A stretch of DNA of 51,586 nucleotides from a virus (IMGVR_UViG_3300037440_000142:1-51586), one strand, 5' to 3'. Counted from the first letter of the stretch, positions 16,161-27,086 are shown. The notes: a model not told the origin generated them from the sequence alone. A program made the numbers and translations.

Positions 16161-17870
16161 ATGGCCAATACAACAATAATTATGAAGGGGCCGTTTCAGC
16201 CCAATAGCCCACCGGTTATTACTTCGACTCCTAACCCTTCATTTACTGAGGGTACTGCTGCCACACATAACATGTCGCAGCACTTCAGTGACGATGGTGT
16301 TACGACCGTTACTACGTCTTTACCACCTGGCGGGGCTCATCCCAGCGGGATTTCGTATAACGGCAATACGCACATATTGACGTATGACGGAGCGGGTGCT
16401 GCCACAAGCTATCAGAGGTCGCTGTCGGTAGATGACGGAGTAAATGATCCGGTTGTAAGCGATGAATTCACGATTGAAATTGTGGCTGGGGCCGCATCTT
16501 TCGGTGTTACGCAGACCGACCCCGGATATTTGACGATCATCCCCGGCATACGTGGATTCGGCACTGACACTGTAGGTGGTTCGGGTCGTCATTTAGGAAC
16601 GCCCACGACAACGGTTTTGTATGTCAACTCGTTGTCCACGGCTAATTCTGGATCTGGTGACTCTGGGACGCTGTTGTGGTGTCTGTCCCAGCCGTTTCCG
16701 CGAACTATCATTCCGGCGATTTCTGGATTGATTGAATTTCCGGCTGATCACATATTCCAGATTACAGAGCCTTTCATGACCTATGCGGGGCAGTGCGCTC
16801 CCGGAGTGGGTCTGCACGTGTACAGCACGAACCCTAGAATATTTGCCAGTGATGTGTTCATGGACCATCACAGTATGTTTATGGGGGATGCTACCGGGCA
16901 GGGTTCTGGCAATAACCTTCAAGTCGGAGGCGGCGGGAATAGTGTTGAACGAGTTGTAATAGCAAATTGCAATTTCTTTTTCGGGTGGGACGGGAACTAC
17001 CTGATTTTCAATAACAGCTCCAGCACTACAACCGATGTAACTTTTTGGCAGAACCTGTCGGCTATGGGTCAGCTCGATGCCTTCGGCAACGGTTCTCACA
17101 TATCACTGCAGCCCGGCATGCGCGCAACAGTGGCGCGGCAGTTGTGTATCAAAGTCAAAAGACGAAACATGCGAATCAATCGCGGTACGTGTGAGTCGTT
17201 CAATAATTTTGGCTATGACAATGATTTCAATATGGAGCACGACCCTATAGGCGATGGTGCTACAACCATAATGAATTTGCAGAACAACGCCGCCGTAAGC
17301 GGCCCCAATGGGCAAGATAGTCAGGGGTCGTTTCTTCTCTTCGAAGATTCTGGCGGCGTACCTCCATTCTGGAGTGATGGCGGTTATTGGTGCATTACCG
17401 GAAACAGAAAGTTTTCTGATTTCGTAAATGCGCTGGATGTTGACAATAGCACCGGAGATCCGATTCAGACAGTACCTCACGCGGATGCAATTTCTCCCGG
17501 ACGTGTAATGCGCACCATCGCCGACAGCGATGCGGAAATCATAGTATTTGCCAATGTCATGTCTACGCATTGTGGGGCATGGCCGGATGTACGTCTCTCA
17601 TACGTACAGAACATTGTTGATGAGATGCTTGATTACCTCAATGGAGGGGCTGATTCAGTAGCGCGCATAGGAAATCCTGCTGATGCGGGTTGGCCAATTA
17701 CCATAGCCTCAACGACCATAAACCACGAAACAACCGGCTCACATGGCGTAGCTGCTATACCGTCCGCATCGACTCGTGACGATGTAATGGCTTCTGGCTA
17801 CACAAGACTTGAGGAATGGTTGCACGCCCATCGGGACTTTGTGATGGGTACTACTGGTTGGCGTTTGTAG
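16161..17870 (+). CDS. Pectate-lyase-like beta-helix protein with N-terminal Ig/cadherin-like domain
   Basis: GFGTDTVGG..V..L..SGTL..PRTI..SGLI..TYAGQCAPG.G; C-terminal GYTRLEEWL. Confidence 0.72.
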   Translation: MANTTIIMKGPFQPNSPPVITSTPNPSFTEGTAATHNMSQHFSDDGVTTVTTSLPPGGAHPSGISYNGNTHILTYDGAGAATSYQRSLSVDDGVNDPVVSDEFTIEIVAGAASFGVTQTDPGYLTIIPGIRGFGTDTVGGSGRHLGTPTTTVLYVNSLSTANSGSGDSGTLLWCLSQPFPRTIIPAISGLIEFPADHIFQITEPFMTYAGQCAPGVGLHVYSTNPRIFASDVFMDHHSMFMGDATGQGSGNNLQVGGGGNSVERVVIANCNFFFGWDGNYLIFNNSSSTTTDVTFWQNLSAMGQLDAFGNGSHISLQPGMRATVARQLCIKVKRRNMRINRGTCESFNNFGYDNDFNMEHDPIGDGATTIMNLQNNAAVSGPNGQDSQGSFLLFEDSGGVPPFWSDGGYWCITGNRKFSDFVNALDVDNSTGDPIQTVPHADAISPGRVMRTIADSDAEIIVFANVMSTHCGAWPDVRLSYVQNIVDEMLDYLNGGADSVARIGNPADAGWPITIASTTINHETTGSHGVAAIPSASTRDDVMASGYTRLEEWLHAHRDFVMGTTGWRL

Positions 17871-18599
17871 ATGGCCATCAATACACCTGATGCGGTTACT
17901 TACGACGCACTATCTGTAGATACACCAGGCACGACGCACCCTTTCGCGCACACCGTATCTGCCGGTACAACGCTTCTGGTTGTCGCAGTATGGTCTCAAG
18001 CGAACGAGGTTCCTGGCTCTAACGGGGTTTCCTGGAATACTAGCGAGTCTTTGACTCTCGTTGATCGTCTGGACGGTGGTAGTTCCGGCTCCGACGATGT
18101 TGAAGTATCGGTTTTTGCAATAGTAAGCCCGACCGCGACGACGGCTAATATAGTTGTTGATACGGGCTCTGTTATCAACAACGCATCTGCGTATGCCGCG
18201 ATCAACATTACTGGTTCTGTGACTACTAGTGTAGCCGCCGCAATTCAGTTGCTATCTGAATCGTCCGATCTTGTTCCAGAGAACACTACATCTATCCACG
18301 CCAGCGGCGGCGATGCCGGAAACGGATTGTTTTTCATCGGCGGCGGTATCGGCGACGACATGATTCCAGCATCTAACGATGCTGGCTTTACTGAAATTCT
18401 TGAGGACAACACAGGCGGAGGGGCTGGCACCCCCGCTGATCTGTCGGCATATATTGCCGAACTTCTTGACGGCGCACCCTCTGCAATCACAGTGACATGG
18501 GCCGTCACAGATGAACATGTCGGAGGGCTGTTTGAGATCGTAGCTGCCGCAGCATCAGTAGATACAAGCATAACCGTACCCACAGGACCTTGGAGATAA
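17871..18599 (+). CDS. Beta-rich putative virion or adhesin protein
   Basis: A/T/S/G/V-rich; within the fibre module. Confidence 0.6.
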   Translation: MAINTPDAVTYDALSVDTPGTTHPFAHTVSAGTTLLVVAVWSQANEVPGSNGVSWNTSESLTLVDRLDGGSSGSDDVEVSVFAIVSPTATTANIVVDTGSVINNASAYAAINITGSVTTSVAAAIQLLSESSDLVPENTTSIHASGGDAGNGLFFIGGGIGDDMIPASNDAGFTEILEDNTGGGAGTPADLSAYIAELLDGAPSAITVTWAVTDEHVGGLFEIVAAAASVDTSITVPTGPWR

Positions 18600-18602
18600 A
18601 CC

Positions 18603-20078
18603 TTGAAAAGTATTTGGCTATTGTTTCTTCCGGTAGTGTGTTTTGGTGCCGAGATTACTTTCACATCCGAGGAAATTGCAGATCTACAGGGCATACAAGG
18701 CCCGCAAGGTGAACAAGGCGAGCAGGGGCCACAAGGCGAGCCAGGACCCGCGGGCGAAGACGGATTGGATGGGGCCACCGGCCCAGTAGGACCGACTGGA
18801 GCAGACGGCACTACCATCACGGAACTGGATGGCACTTGTTCTGCCAGTGGCTTTGAATGGCCATGTAGTGAAGCCGGTATCGAACCAGAACCAGAACCGG
18901 ACCCAGAACCAGACCCCGCTTGTTTTGACGGATGTTTCCCATACGGATCTGGAAATTTCGAGTGCGCTGACCAACAGTTACAAGCTTGTTGGATAGATAT
19001 CCACACAGAGACTCAGGGCGCGGGTGGATTCTGGATTTATGAGGTGAGTGGCGAACCTGAGCCAGACCCCGGCCCTGATCCAGAACCCGAGCCGGATCCT
19101 GGTCCTGACCCCGATCCCGATCCTGATCCAGTCCCCGACCCAGATCCAGGCGAACCGTCTGCGTATCGTGGCATTCCAGATCCGAGCGCGTATTTCGGCT
19201 ATGACGTGTATGCCAATTACCCAGTTGATCAGGTCGTTACTGGAAACACAGCAACGATCTCCGGTCAGGGAACGGCGTCGGACCCGTATTTCGTGGACGC
19301 AACCGGTCTTAGTCGCAATGGTGGCCTGACGATCAGCGGTAGCTACGTCATTGTGCAGGGAGGCTTTGTCGATTATCCGAACACAGACGGTCCGGCATTG
19401 AGCTTTGGAGAGGGAACAACGTCCTGCCAGTTCTGTACTGTCCGAGACATGGAAGTATTCGGCAGTGACGCGAATTTCAACGCAGGTCATGACGCGGCGG
19501 TCGGGCTTGGCAGCAATAACGTCTGGCTGCGCGGCAGCATTCACGGCTTCGGCGACCGTCGCATTGAGGCACCGGAACAGGACTATCACGGAATAAAAAC
19601 ATTCGGCCCGAACGTATGGATTCTCGATGCCGAGATTTACGATGTATCCGGTGATTCTGTTCAGGTAGGCGATGCGAGCCGCGGCGCTGCGAGTAACGTC
19701 TACATCGGCGGCGGCTACATGCACCACAACCGCGAGAACGGCATTGATGTGAAGGACTCTCGAAACGTGGTGGTTTCCGGTGTGAAGATGGAAGGATTCC
19801 GCCCGACCGGTTCAAGTCCCGGAGAGGCGTTCATCATTCACGACGACGCCTTAGACGCAAAGATTCTCGACAACATCATTCTGGACTCTAACCTTGGCAT
19901 TGTTTCGTCCGGTGCGTCTGGCCATTTGATTGAAGGCAACAACATCACCGCGTTGTCAGAGGGCATTCAGTTGCGCAACACGAGCAACATCACGGTGCGG
20001 GACAACACCATTTCAGCACCCGTCTGTGTCAATCGTCAGAGTGGAGTAACCGGAACAGTACAAACTGGTTGCCAGTGA
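18603..20078 (+). CDS. Signal peptide + collagen repeat + Pro/acidic linkers + right-handed beta-helix protein
   Basis: [16 protein letters not shown]; ~13 G-X-Y triplets; (EP/DP)n runs; [11 protein letters not shown] and I.DN.I beta-helix repeats. Confidence 0.75.
   Translation: MKSIWLLFLPVVCFGAEITFTSEEIADLQGIQGPQGEQGEQGPQGEPGPAGEDGLDGATGPVGPTGADGTTITELDGTCSASGFEWPCSEAGIEPEPEPDPEPDPACFDGCFPYGSGNFECADQQLQACWIDIHTETQGAGGFWIYEVSGEPEPDPGPDPEPEPDPGPDPDPDPDPVPDPDPGEPSAYRGIPDPSAYFGYDVYANYPVDQVVTGNTATISGQGTASDPYFVDATGLSRNGGLTISGSYVIVQGGFVDYPNTDGPALSFGEGTTSCQFCTVRDMEVFGSDANFNAGHDAAVGLGSNNVWLRGSIHGFGDRRIEAPEQDYHGIKTFGPNVWILDAEIYDVSGDSVQVGDASRGAASNVYIGGGYMHHNRENGIDVKDSRNVVVSGVKMEGFRPTGSSPGEAFIIHDDALDAKILDNIILDSNLGIVSSGASGHLIEGNNITALSEGIQLRNTSNITVRDNTISAPVCVNRQSGVTGTVQTGCQ
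19052..19150 (+). repeat. Coding low-complexity (E/D)P dipeptide repeat
   Basis: [32 protein letters not shown]; a shorter run near 18880-18917. Confidence 0.85.
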
Positions 20079-20084
20079 TAGTGT

Positions 20085-20684
20085 ATGGCTGTCGAGCTAT
20101 TTTTACTCCCGATGGAGGGCGCAGGCACTGCTGAAGATCCGATTCGGGCCAAGTATGTCATCGATCCACAGATAATCCGCCAAGGCACGATTCGGTTATC
20201 CAGGGTCGATCATGCTGTCGTCATGATCGAGGCAACGCAGGCGTATCTTGACTTTGTGCGGAGTCAGGCTGACGCCATCTCTCTCGCTACAGCACAGACA
20301 ATAGATAGCACAATAAACGGCGGGCAGCGCAATACGGTTCGCAATTGGCTGGAGAACAGGGGCATCCCGGCTCTTTGGATTCAGATCGGAGAGACGCGCA
20401 GGCAGGTGATTCGGGGCCTGATCGGTATGTTTCTGATCTCGCAGCGCCTTGAGGGTAAATTCGGGGAGGGATTCAGGCAGCGAGCTACGCGATACGGCAT
20501 AACCCTTGCGACGCAATGGTCGAATCTGCCGACAGCTGCGCAGGATGAGCTGTTAGACGTGGCGCGGGAATTCGGCATAGAGAATCCCGGACTTACGGCT
20601 ACATCACCGCTCCGTGATGTGCTGAAAGTGCTCGGCGACGGGATGCAGAACCGACGCTTCATGCTGTGCGGGATTGAAGTCTGA
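20085..20684 (+). CDS. Hypothetical protein
   Basis: TGATG-coupled to the next gene. Confidence 0.7.
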   Translation: MAVELFLLPMEGAGTAEDPIRAKYVIDPQIIRQGTIRLSRVDHAVVMIEATQAYLDFVRSQADAISLATAQTIDSTINGGQRNTVRNWLENRGIPALWIQIGETRRQVIRGLIGMFLISQRLEGKFGEGFRQRATRYGITLATQWSNLPTAAQDELLDVAREFGIENPGLTATSPLRDVLKVLGDGMQNRRFMLCGIEV

Positions 20685-22609
20685 TGGCATACGGCGATAG
20701 CTTATCGCCGGTCGCCAGCGATGCGTTTACCTCAATCGGCGGGGATTGGGAGCAGGGTCCGGGCAACTTCAATCCGATGTCCGTTACCGGAGGAGATGCG
20801 CATCCTACCAGCGGCGGTTCTCAGTCGGCCATACGTCGAATCACCGAAACGTTCGCTGACGATCAATACTCGCAGGCCATCTCAGGAGGGCAGACGCAGG
20901 GCCTGTCGGGTGTAGTCGTTCGTATGGCGGCTGCCGGAAACGCCTGCTATATCGGCACATCGCGCCAGTTTGATTCCAACTGGACGTTGATGGAGTACAA
21001 CACGTCCGGCCCCCCGACCGGATTTTCGCTGATCGCCTCGAACGCGACCAATTGGGCGCTACTGGCTGACGGCGACATGATCCGCATGGAAGCGGAAGGG
21101 ACCGAGCTCAGGTTCGGTTCAGATCGGACCGGGACCGATTTCGAGCGCATCAACACGACGGATGCCACGCTCACAACCGGCGATGTGGGCATATACGGCC
21201 TCGGGGCTGTTGGCACCAATAACCGCTTTGATAGCTGGGAAGGCGGGGATATATCGGCAGAAGCCGGTGGCGTAGAGATAGCAGTACCAGCTGGCGCATT
21301 GACGATAGTCGCCGATGCTCCTAGTGCCGAGATAGCTCACAACAGATCAGTACCTGTTGTTGCGATATTGATATCGTCCGATGTTGCGACGCGGATAGTG
21401 AACCACATCCGTGGCCCGCCCGTTGCGGGATTGGCACTTGAATCGGTTGCACCCTCTGTTGCACTGAGTGCCGCGATACCTTCGGGTTCATTAACACTCG
21501 CGGGCGTATCGCCCAGTGCAGAGCTAACGCACAACAGATCGGTACCTGTTGGTGCGTTAGTTCTGGCTGGAGTTGCGCCGGCTCTTTTGGTTGGCAGTAA
21601 TGTTGCTCCTGCAACAGCCAGCGTCACCTTTACCGGGATAGCGCCTACTGCCGAGATAACGCACAACCGGGCGGTACCTGTCGGTTCCCTGGCTTTAACT
21701 GGCCAAGCACCGACACAGGATACGACTGTTGGGCCCGATGTTGGCAGCGCCATCCTTACCGGGGTGGCTGGCTCTGCCGAGATCACGCATAACAGGGCCA
21801 CGGGTTCTGGCTCGTTAGCCTTCACCGGTAATGCGCCGACTGTAGTTATTACTGGGCCGGGCATTGAACCGGCCACGGCAGCGCTAAGTTTCAACACATT
21901 CGCGCCTGTTATTGGCGTTAGTGTGAGTCCAGCCGTTGGTTCGCTAGAACTCACGGGCGCAGCACCACAACGCGCTTATGGCCTTGTTCTTGAGGGCCAG
22001 CTACCGACCATAGCCATATCAGGCTCACAGGCGGTAGCTCCGGGTACGGTGGCCCTGACATTTACAGGGCTGGCACCAAGCGCAGAAATAGACCATTTCA
22101 GGTCTACAGGTGCTGGCTCGATAACGCTTGCCACGGCAGCACCCGTGGTGCTGGTGTCGCTCAGTGTTGCGCCCACTACCGGTGCTGTTGCGCTTACAGG
22201 GGCAGCTCCCGCACTAGGCGCTGGCATTGCTGTTGCTACTGGTGCGCTGGCGCTGGCATCAGATGCGCCCACCTTGGGTGCGCTTGCTTTTATTGCCATA
22301 CCTGTTGGTGGCTTATCCTTCACCGGGTTTGCACCATCACTTGCGATTGCCAATTCCGGTGTCTCGATAACCAATGAGACTGCCGTTGAGATCCCGAGTA
22401 ATTACGAGCAATGCGATTACACTGGTTTCAGGGTATTACCCGGTGAATTGGTCGAGACGGGTTATGGCCAATGGGTAAGGCCCGAGAGTTATGAGCCCAA
22501 ACATCCACAGGAATTTGTAAGGTCTGTTCCAGAGAGGATTAAGCGAGGACAACAGCGACCCGAGCAGCCAGATGTTTTTGTAGACACAGTAACAGCGGAC
22601 GATCTGTGA
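20684..22609 (+). CDS. Fibre-like protein: lectin-like N-domain, ~17 repeats of ~21 aa, C-terminal CD.TGF..HPQEFVR domain
   Basis: Repeats such as VPVGSLALTGQAP; shares its C-terminus with the next gene. Confidence 0.7.
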   Translation: MAYGDSLSPVASDAFTSIGGDWEQGPGNFNPMSVTGGDAHPTSGGSQSAIRRITETFADDQYSQAISGGQTQGLSGVVVRMAAAGNACYIGTSRQFDSNWTLMEYNTSGPPTGFSLIASNATNWALLADGDMIRMEAEGTELRFGSDRTGTDFERINTTDATLTTGDVGIYGLGAVGTNNRFDSWEGGDISAEAGGVEIAVPAGALTIVADAPSAEIAHNRSVPVVAILISSDVATRIVNHIRGPPVAGLALESVAPSVALSAAIPSGSLTLAGVSPSAELTHNRSVPVGALVLAGVAPALLVGSNVAPATASVTFTGIAPTAEITHNRAVPVGSLALTGQAPTQDTTVGPDVGSAILTGVAGSAEITHNRATGSGSLAFTGNAPTVVITGPGIEPATAALSFNTFAPVIGVSVSPAVGSLELTGAAPQRAYGLVLEGQLPTIAISGSQAVAPGTVALTFTGLAPSAEIDHFRSTGAGSITLATAAPVVLVSLSVAPTTGAVALTGAAPALGAGIAVATGALALASDAPTLGALAFIAIPVGGLSFTGFAPSLAIANSGVSITNETAVEIPSNYEQCDYTGFRVLPGELVETGYGQWVRPESYEPKHPQEFVRSVPERIKRGQQRPEQPDVFVDTVTADDL

Positions 22610-22610
22610 A

Positions 22611-23408
22611 ATGGCTGATCCAGTAGCAGGTTCGCTGACGCTTACGACCACAGACGTAGAGTTCACCAATAGTGGTGACATGCGCCTTGTTCTGACGGGA
22701 CACGCACCATTCATTCCGTCGAATACATCGATATCTGTTTCTGTTGGTTCTTTAGTCTTAACCGGCAATGCTCCAGAGCGGGCATATGGGCTTGTCCTAA
22801 CCGGAAATCAGGCATCGGTCCAGATAGATCATGTAAGGCTGATTTCGGGCGTTACGGCCGCGTTTACGGGCCGAGTGCCTACGGTTGTCATTGCGGCACC
22901 GCCGAGTTTTACGATATCACCGAATGCTGGCGCAGTTGGATTCACCGGGAATGCTCCTGAATTATTCTCCGGGTTACGCATTTCTCCGACTGTTGGCAGC
23001 ATAGCGCTAACAGGAAACCAGCCAACCAAGGCTGTTGACAACCTGATACACATGCCATTCCCGGCTGGTGCCGAGGATGCAGATCTCGTATTCGAAAGTG
23101 ACGCTGTAACCGCAACCCTATCAAGCACACAGGCTGTAATCGGCACAATGATAGTGAATCCCAACGCCACAACAGACGATTCGAGATATAATATCTGTGA
23201 TCGAACAGGATTCAGGGCACTACCTGGTCAACTGGTTGAAGACGGATACGGACACATGGTATTGCCCGAGCACAGGGATAGCCGACATCCACAGGAGTTC
23301 GTGAGATCACGGGGCGAGACATTCACAGGACCAAAGCGACCCGAACCCGCAGAGATACTTGACGTGGACGACCTATATCCTGATGGAGTGAGTGCAGATG
23401 ATCTCTAG
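22611..23408 (+). CDS. Short paralogous fibre-like protein
   Basis: ~7 GSL.LTG.AP repeats plus CDRTGF..HPQEFVRS..RPE..ADDL. Confidence 0.7.
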   Translation: MADPVAGSLTLTTTDVEFTNSGDMRLVLTGHAPFIPSNTSISVSVGSLVLTGNAPERAYGLVLTGNQASVQIDHVRLISGVTAAFTGRVPTVVIAAPPSFTISPNAGAVGFTGNAPELFSGLRISPTVGSIALTGNQPTKAVDNLIHMPFPAGAEDADLVFESDAVTATLSSTQAVIGTMIVNPNATTDDSRYNICDRTGFRALPGQLVEDGYGHMVLPEHRDSRHPQEFVRSRGETFTGPKRPEPAEILDVDDLYPDGVSADDL

Positions 23409-23409
23409 A

Positions 23410-23544
23410 TTGGCCGGTCTATCCCTAACAGGACTAGGGATAGTGGCCTACAGCTTTATTCTGAGTGTGATAGCAGGAATGCCATTCATACCATCAATGG
23501 CCATTGTCACTGTGGTCGTGTTGATTTTGGCCTTGAGGCGATGA
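23410..23544 (+). CDS. Small membrane protein
   Basis: 44 aa, two hydrophobic stretches, ends in RR. Confidence 0.45.
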   Translation: MAGLSLTGLGIVAYSFILSVIAGMPFIPSMAIVTVVVLILALRR

Positions 23545-23579
23545 GGCATTCAAGCGTTGTCATTGCCAGATCATAAATC

Positions 23580-23756
23580 ATGGTGACAATTGTAATATCC
23601 TCGCCAGTGGTTGCCGTATGTCTGTCTATGCTGGCCCTGGCCATCACGGCGCTTGTACCGGCCTTGATATTGTGGATGTTCAGTGGCCTGACATTTCTGG
23701 GCTCGTGGGCAGTGACAACGGGCGTATTAGTGGTACTTGGTGTGATTAGCAGATGA
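23580..23756 (+). CDS. Small membrane protein
   Basis: 58 aa, almost entirely hydrophobic. Confidence 0.45.
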   Translation: MVTIVISSPVVAVCLSMLALAITALVPALILWMFSGLTFLGSWAVTTGVLVVLGVISR

Positions 23757-23778
23757 GACAGTAGATTTCGAGGATGAA

Positions 23779-23997
23779 ATGAGCAAGCAGATAGTAGAAA
23801 TTGTATTCGAGCATAATGGGATATTTGTTGAAACTCTTGGTCAGCGCGTAAGTTATGAGGAGTACTTGGGTAGTTTGTCGAGTAAGAAAGACAAGGAGTA
23901 TGCCGGCATTTTTGTGTTTAACGCAATCAACGCCGCCGAGCGTGAATGTGGGTATGTAAGTATGCCAGATATTGCTTTGCCGAGCATTTGCGCATGA
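23779..23997 (+). CDS. Hypothetical protein
   Basis: GAGGA SD. Confidence 0.55.
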   Translation: MSKQIVEIVFEHNGIFVETLGQRVSYEEYLGSLSSKKDKEYAGIFVFNAINAAERECGYVSMPDIALPSICA

Positions 23998-24019
23998 TTA
24001 CCGAAGACATGGTGCAGGG

Positions 24020-24535
24020 ATGAATGGCAGCAAGTACACAGACGAAGATCGCAAGACCGCCGCAATACATTACGCCATCAAGGGCACATTAGCGGCTGTA
24101 GAGCGCGATACGGGCATACCCGATGCCACTGTCCAGGTATGGACCAAGACAGACTGGTGGGAGACATTGATCAGCCAAGCTCGTGCAGAAATGGAGGATC
24201 AATTCAGGGGCAAATGTCATCAAGTAGTAGAGAAGGCCACTAACGAGACATTGGATAGGCTAGAACACGGCGATTACATGCTGGATAAAGAAGGGAATAA
24301 GAAGCGCCTGCCAATGAAGGGTAGAGATACCGCAGTAATAGGGGCTATGTATTACGACAAGCTAAGGTTGAGCTTGAACTTGCCCACGTCCATCACAGCA
24401 GGGTCAGGATATAAAACTGCTATGAATAACCTGGCTGCTGAGTTCAAGCGCCTATCAGAACAGAACAGACGTGTAGTGGCGGTACAGGATAGTGGGGAAT
24501 CCGAGATATCCACAGGGGAAGAGCCCAACCCATAA
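24020..24535 (+). CDS. terS: Terminase small subunit
   Basis: N-terminal HTH (YTDEDR..G.L..V.R.TGIP..TV..W) plus helical core; upstream of terL. Confidence 0.7.
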   Translation: MNGSKYTDEDRKTAAIHYAIKGTLAAVERDTGIPDATVQVWTKTDWWETLISQARAEMEDQFRGKCHQVVEKATNETLDRLEHGDYMLDKEGNKKRLPMKGRDTAVIGAMYYDKLRLSLNLPTSITAGSGYKTAMNNLAAEFKRLSEQNRRVVAVQDSGESEISTGEEPNP

Positions 24536-24605
24536 TCAAGGGCTTACACACACAAGCTCATGTATGCACATGTGGGTATGGCTAGAACCCGCATGGTTGT
24601 GCGGT

Positions 24606-24633
24606 TGATAACATAATGACCATTATCTTCATG
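24606..24633 (-). other. Second Xer/dif-like site
   Basis: Minus strand CATGAAGATAA-TGGTCA-TTATGTTATCA; XerD arm 8/11 vs TTATGTTAAAT; inner ATAA-N6-TTAT intact. Confidence 0.55.
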
Positions 24634-24784
24634 CCATTCACACGCCTTGATTTATAGGGTGAAGTGGTAATTCTTGGATTGTCGATGGGTCCCATTTGAT
24701 GGGGGCGCCGGGGGCAAATTCCGTTACTGCACGAATCGTCATCACCCAGCTTCTCCTGCTGCTGAAATTTAAAAGGGGACTATT

Positions 24785-25198
24785 TTGAGCAGACTAGATC
24801 ACTTGCCAAGTCATGACTTGGTGAGTTCCCAGCTATTGGAATGGACGCGCCTTAGTCCGAAGCGCCCAGAGTGGAATCGGGACGGCTATAGGAGACTTAA
24901 GACGAATGATCCTGAGAGGCTTCGTAAGTACAGGCGGGCAAGTTATTTAAAGGGGGCCCGCCGAGGGGGCGGTTTTGAAACATGGCCAGTCTGCCCCGCA
25001 TGGGCAGATCGAAGGGTCATAAATGCTATTTATGCCAAAGCTCGTCGAATGACTCGATTGACGGGCATCGAGCACCACGTAGACCACATTATTCCGGTCA
25101 AGGGCAAAACAATCTGCGGTTTGCACGTCGAATCTAATTTGCAGATCCTTACCGCTGAAGAAAATAGGGCAAAGAGCAATTCTTTCGACGCACTCTAG
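24785..25198 (+). CDS. HNH endonuclease between terS and terL
   Basis: [32 protein letters not shown]. Confidence 0.85.
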   Translation: MSRLDHLPSHDLVSSQLLEWTRLSPKRPEWNRDGYRRLKTNDPERLRKYRRASYLKGARRGGGFETWPVCPAWADRRVINAIYAKARRMTRLTGIEHHVDHIIPVKGKTICGLHVESNLQILTAEENRAKSNSFDAL

Positions 25199-25634
25199 AT
25201 AAGCCAATCCACGCACGCAATCCCGACTTGACCCTATGGGCCGGGTTTCGCGAGATCGTGCGTGAAATATGGGCTTCTAGAGTGTCACAGAAGCTAGTTA
25301 TGGACCCATCCGAATATCGTCTGTCAAGGGCCGATCAGCACTTTGACGAATTGAGTGAGATTATGAATCCCGAATCCGTACAGTTATTGCAGGCAATACT
25401 TTCGTATCTGGGATCGGTCGAGTTCTTTTTCCTGGTCTTTTTGTTTCTGGCGTATCGATTGGTTCGTAAATAGGAGTTAGCGATGGATGAGGAATATCTT
25501 CGTGGGATGCTGGAAAAGTACGCCCGCATTGTTGGCCACAATGAGGGCACTTACTTTCTCTATAAGAGTGAGTGGACAGACGAAGAATGGGCGGTATGGG
25601 TATCGATCCTTCCAGTCTTGGATATAGGGCTTGC

Positions 25635-27086
25635 ATGATCGATGCCGAAACCATTGATGGTTTCACGATAGGACTGTTAGCCGCCAATTACGATAATCCC
25701 CAGCCGATTCCAGACTTTCATCGTGAAATGTGGGAGCTGTGCTGTGATCCACATCCCAAAGTAGCCATTGCCGCCCCACGAGAACATGCGAAATCGACAG
25801 CGATAACTCACGCCTTTGTGCTGACAAAAGTTCTGTTTCGGGACAAGGAATTTGTCCTGATTGTGTCGGACACCGAGGGGCAGGCGGCAGAGTTTCTTGG
25901 GGATATCAGGAAGGAGTTAATTGAAAACGAGGCTCTTCGCAAGACATTCGGGGTCAAGAGGCTTCTCAAAGACACAGAAGCCAACATTATCTGTCAGATG
26001 GCGGACGGTCACCGATTCCGCATTATAGCTAAGGGTTCGGAACAGAAGGTTCGCGGCCTTAAATGGCGTGGCAAACGACCTGATTTGATTGTTTGCGACG
26101 ACTTGGAAAATGACGAGATCGTCATGAACCCGGAGCGGCGAGAGAAGTTCCGCAAGTGGTTCATGAAGGCTCTGATTCCGTGTGGGTCCGATACTTGCCA
26201 TGTGCGGGTTGTTGGCACGATTCTGCACCTGGATTCGATGTTGCAGCGCCTGATTAACAATCGGAACTGGAAACACCTGTTTTACGAGGCGCATAACCCG
26301 GATTTTTCCGAGATTTTATGGCCTGAGAAATTCCCCAAAGAGCGCCTGATGGCGATTCGTCAAGACTTCATTGACGAGGGCGATAGCGAGGGCTATGCCC
26401 AAGAATATTTGAACCGCCCGGTAGAAATAGCGAACGCTTTTTTCAACAAGGACTATTTCTATGACTTCGACCGGGAAAACGGCAAGGCATTGTTGCCCAA
26501 CCTTGAATACTTTGCCGCCGCTGACTTCGCCATATCTGAAAAAGAGAAGGCCGACTACACGGTTATATTGGTCGCGGGCGTTGCTCCTGACGGAACTCTC
26601 TATGTTGTTGACGCAAAACGCGGCAGATGGGACTCGGAAAGGATAATTGAAGAGCTGATTGCGACCCAGAAGCATTGGGAGCCGCATATTTTCACCTTCG
26701 AGACGGAAAAGATTGACAAGGCCATTGGCCCTTTCCTTGAACGGGAAATGATGCGTCAGAGGGTGTATCTGAACATCCATAAGGAAACTCCGGGCAAGTC
26801 GAAGGTACTTAGGGCCCGCTCGATACAGGGTATGCACAAAGCCGGTGCGATCAGATACGACAAGGAAGCCTCTTGGTATCCCGATTTCGAGTCCGAGTTG
26901 ATGATGGTGGCCGATTCGGGCCCTCGCGGCAAACATGATGATTACTTCGACACCTTTGCCTACATAGGGAAAACGATAAACCTCTATTTTGAGGCTCAGA
27001 CCGATGAGGAAATCGAAGAAGAGCGCTACGAAGACGAGTACGAGTCTTACATGGATATGGGGCGCTGCGCTACAACTGGGTATTGA
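25635..27086 (+). CDS. terL: Terminase large subunit
   Basis: Walker A APREHAKST, Walker B LIVCDDLE, VVGT, QEYLN, nuclease ADFA..ADYT..HDD..D. Confidence 0.93.
   Translation: MIDAETIDGFTIGLLAANYDNPQPIPDFHREMWELCCDPHPKVAIAAPREHAKSTAITHAFVLTKVLFRDKEFVLIVSDTEGQAAEFLGDIRKELIENEALRKTFGVKRLLKDTEANIICQMADGHRFRIIAKGSEQKVRGLKWRGKRPDLIVCDDLENDEIVMNPERREKFRKWFMKALIPCGSDTCHVRVVGTILHLDSMLQRLINNRNWKHLFYEAHNPDFSEILWPEKFPKERLMAIRQDFIDEGDSEGYAQEYLNRPVEIANAFFNKDYFYDFDRENGKALLPNLEYFAAADFAISEKEKADYTVILVAGVAPDGTLYVVDAKRGRWDSERIIEELIATQKHWEPHIFTFETEKIDKAIGPFLEREMMRQRVYLNIHKETPGKSKVLRARSIQGMHKAGAIRYDKEASWYPDFESELMMVADSGPRGKHDDYFDTFAYIGKTINLYFEAQTDEEIEEERYEDEYESYMDMGRCATTGY

Noticed and set aside
18680-19150. Short tandem repeats as a CRISPR array
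   Set aside because: In-frame collagen and (E/D)P coding repeats; no repeat-spacer structure or cas genes
21280-23400. Repeats and paralogous C-termini as DGR template/variable repeats
   Set aside because: No reverse transcriptase; similarity is at protein level and not adenine-specific
25228-25473. 81-aa ORF before terL
   Set aside because: Start and function unsupported; at most a short membrane peptide
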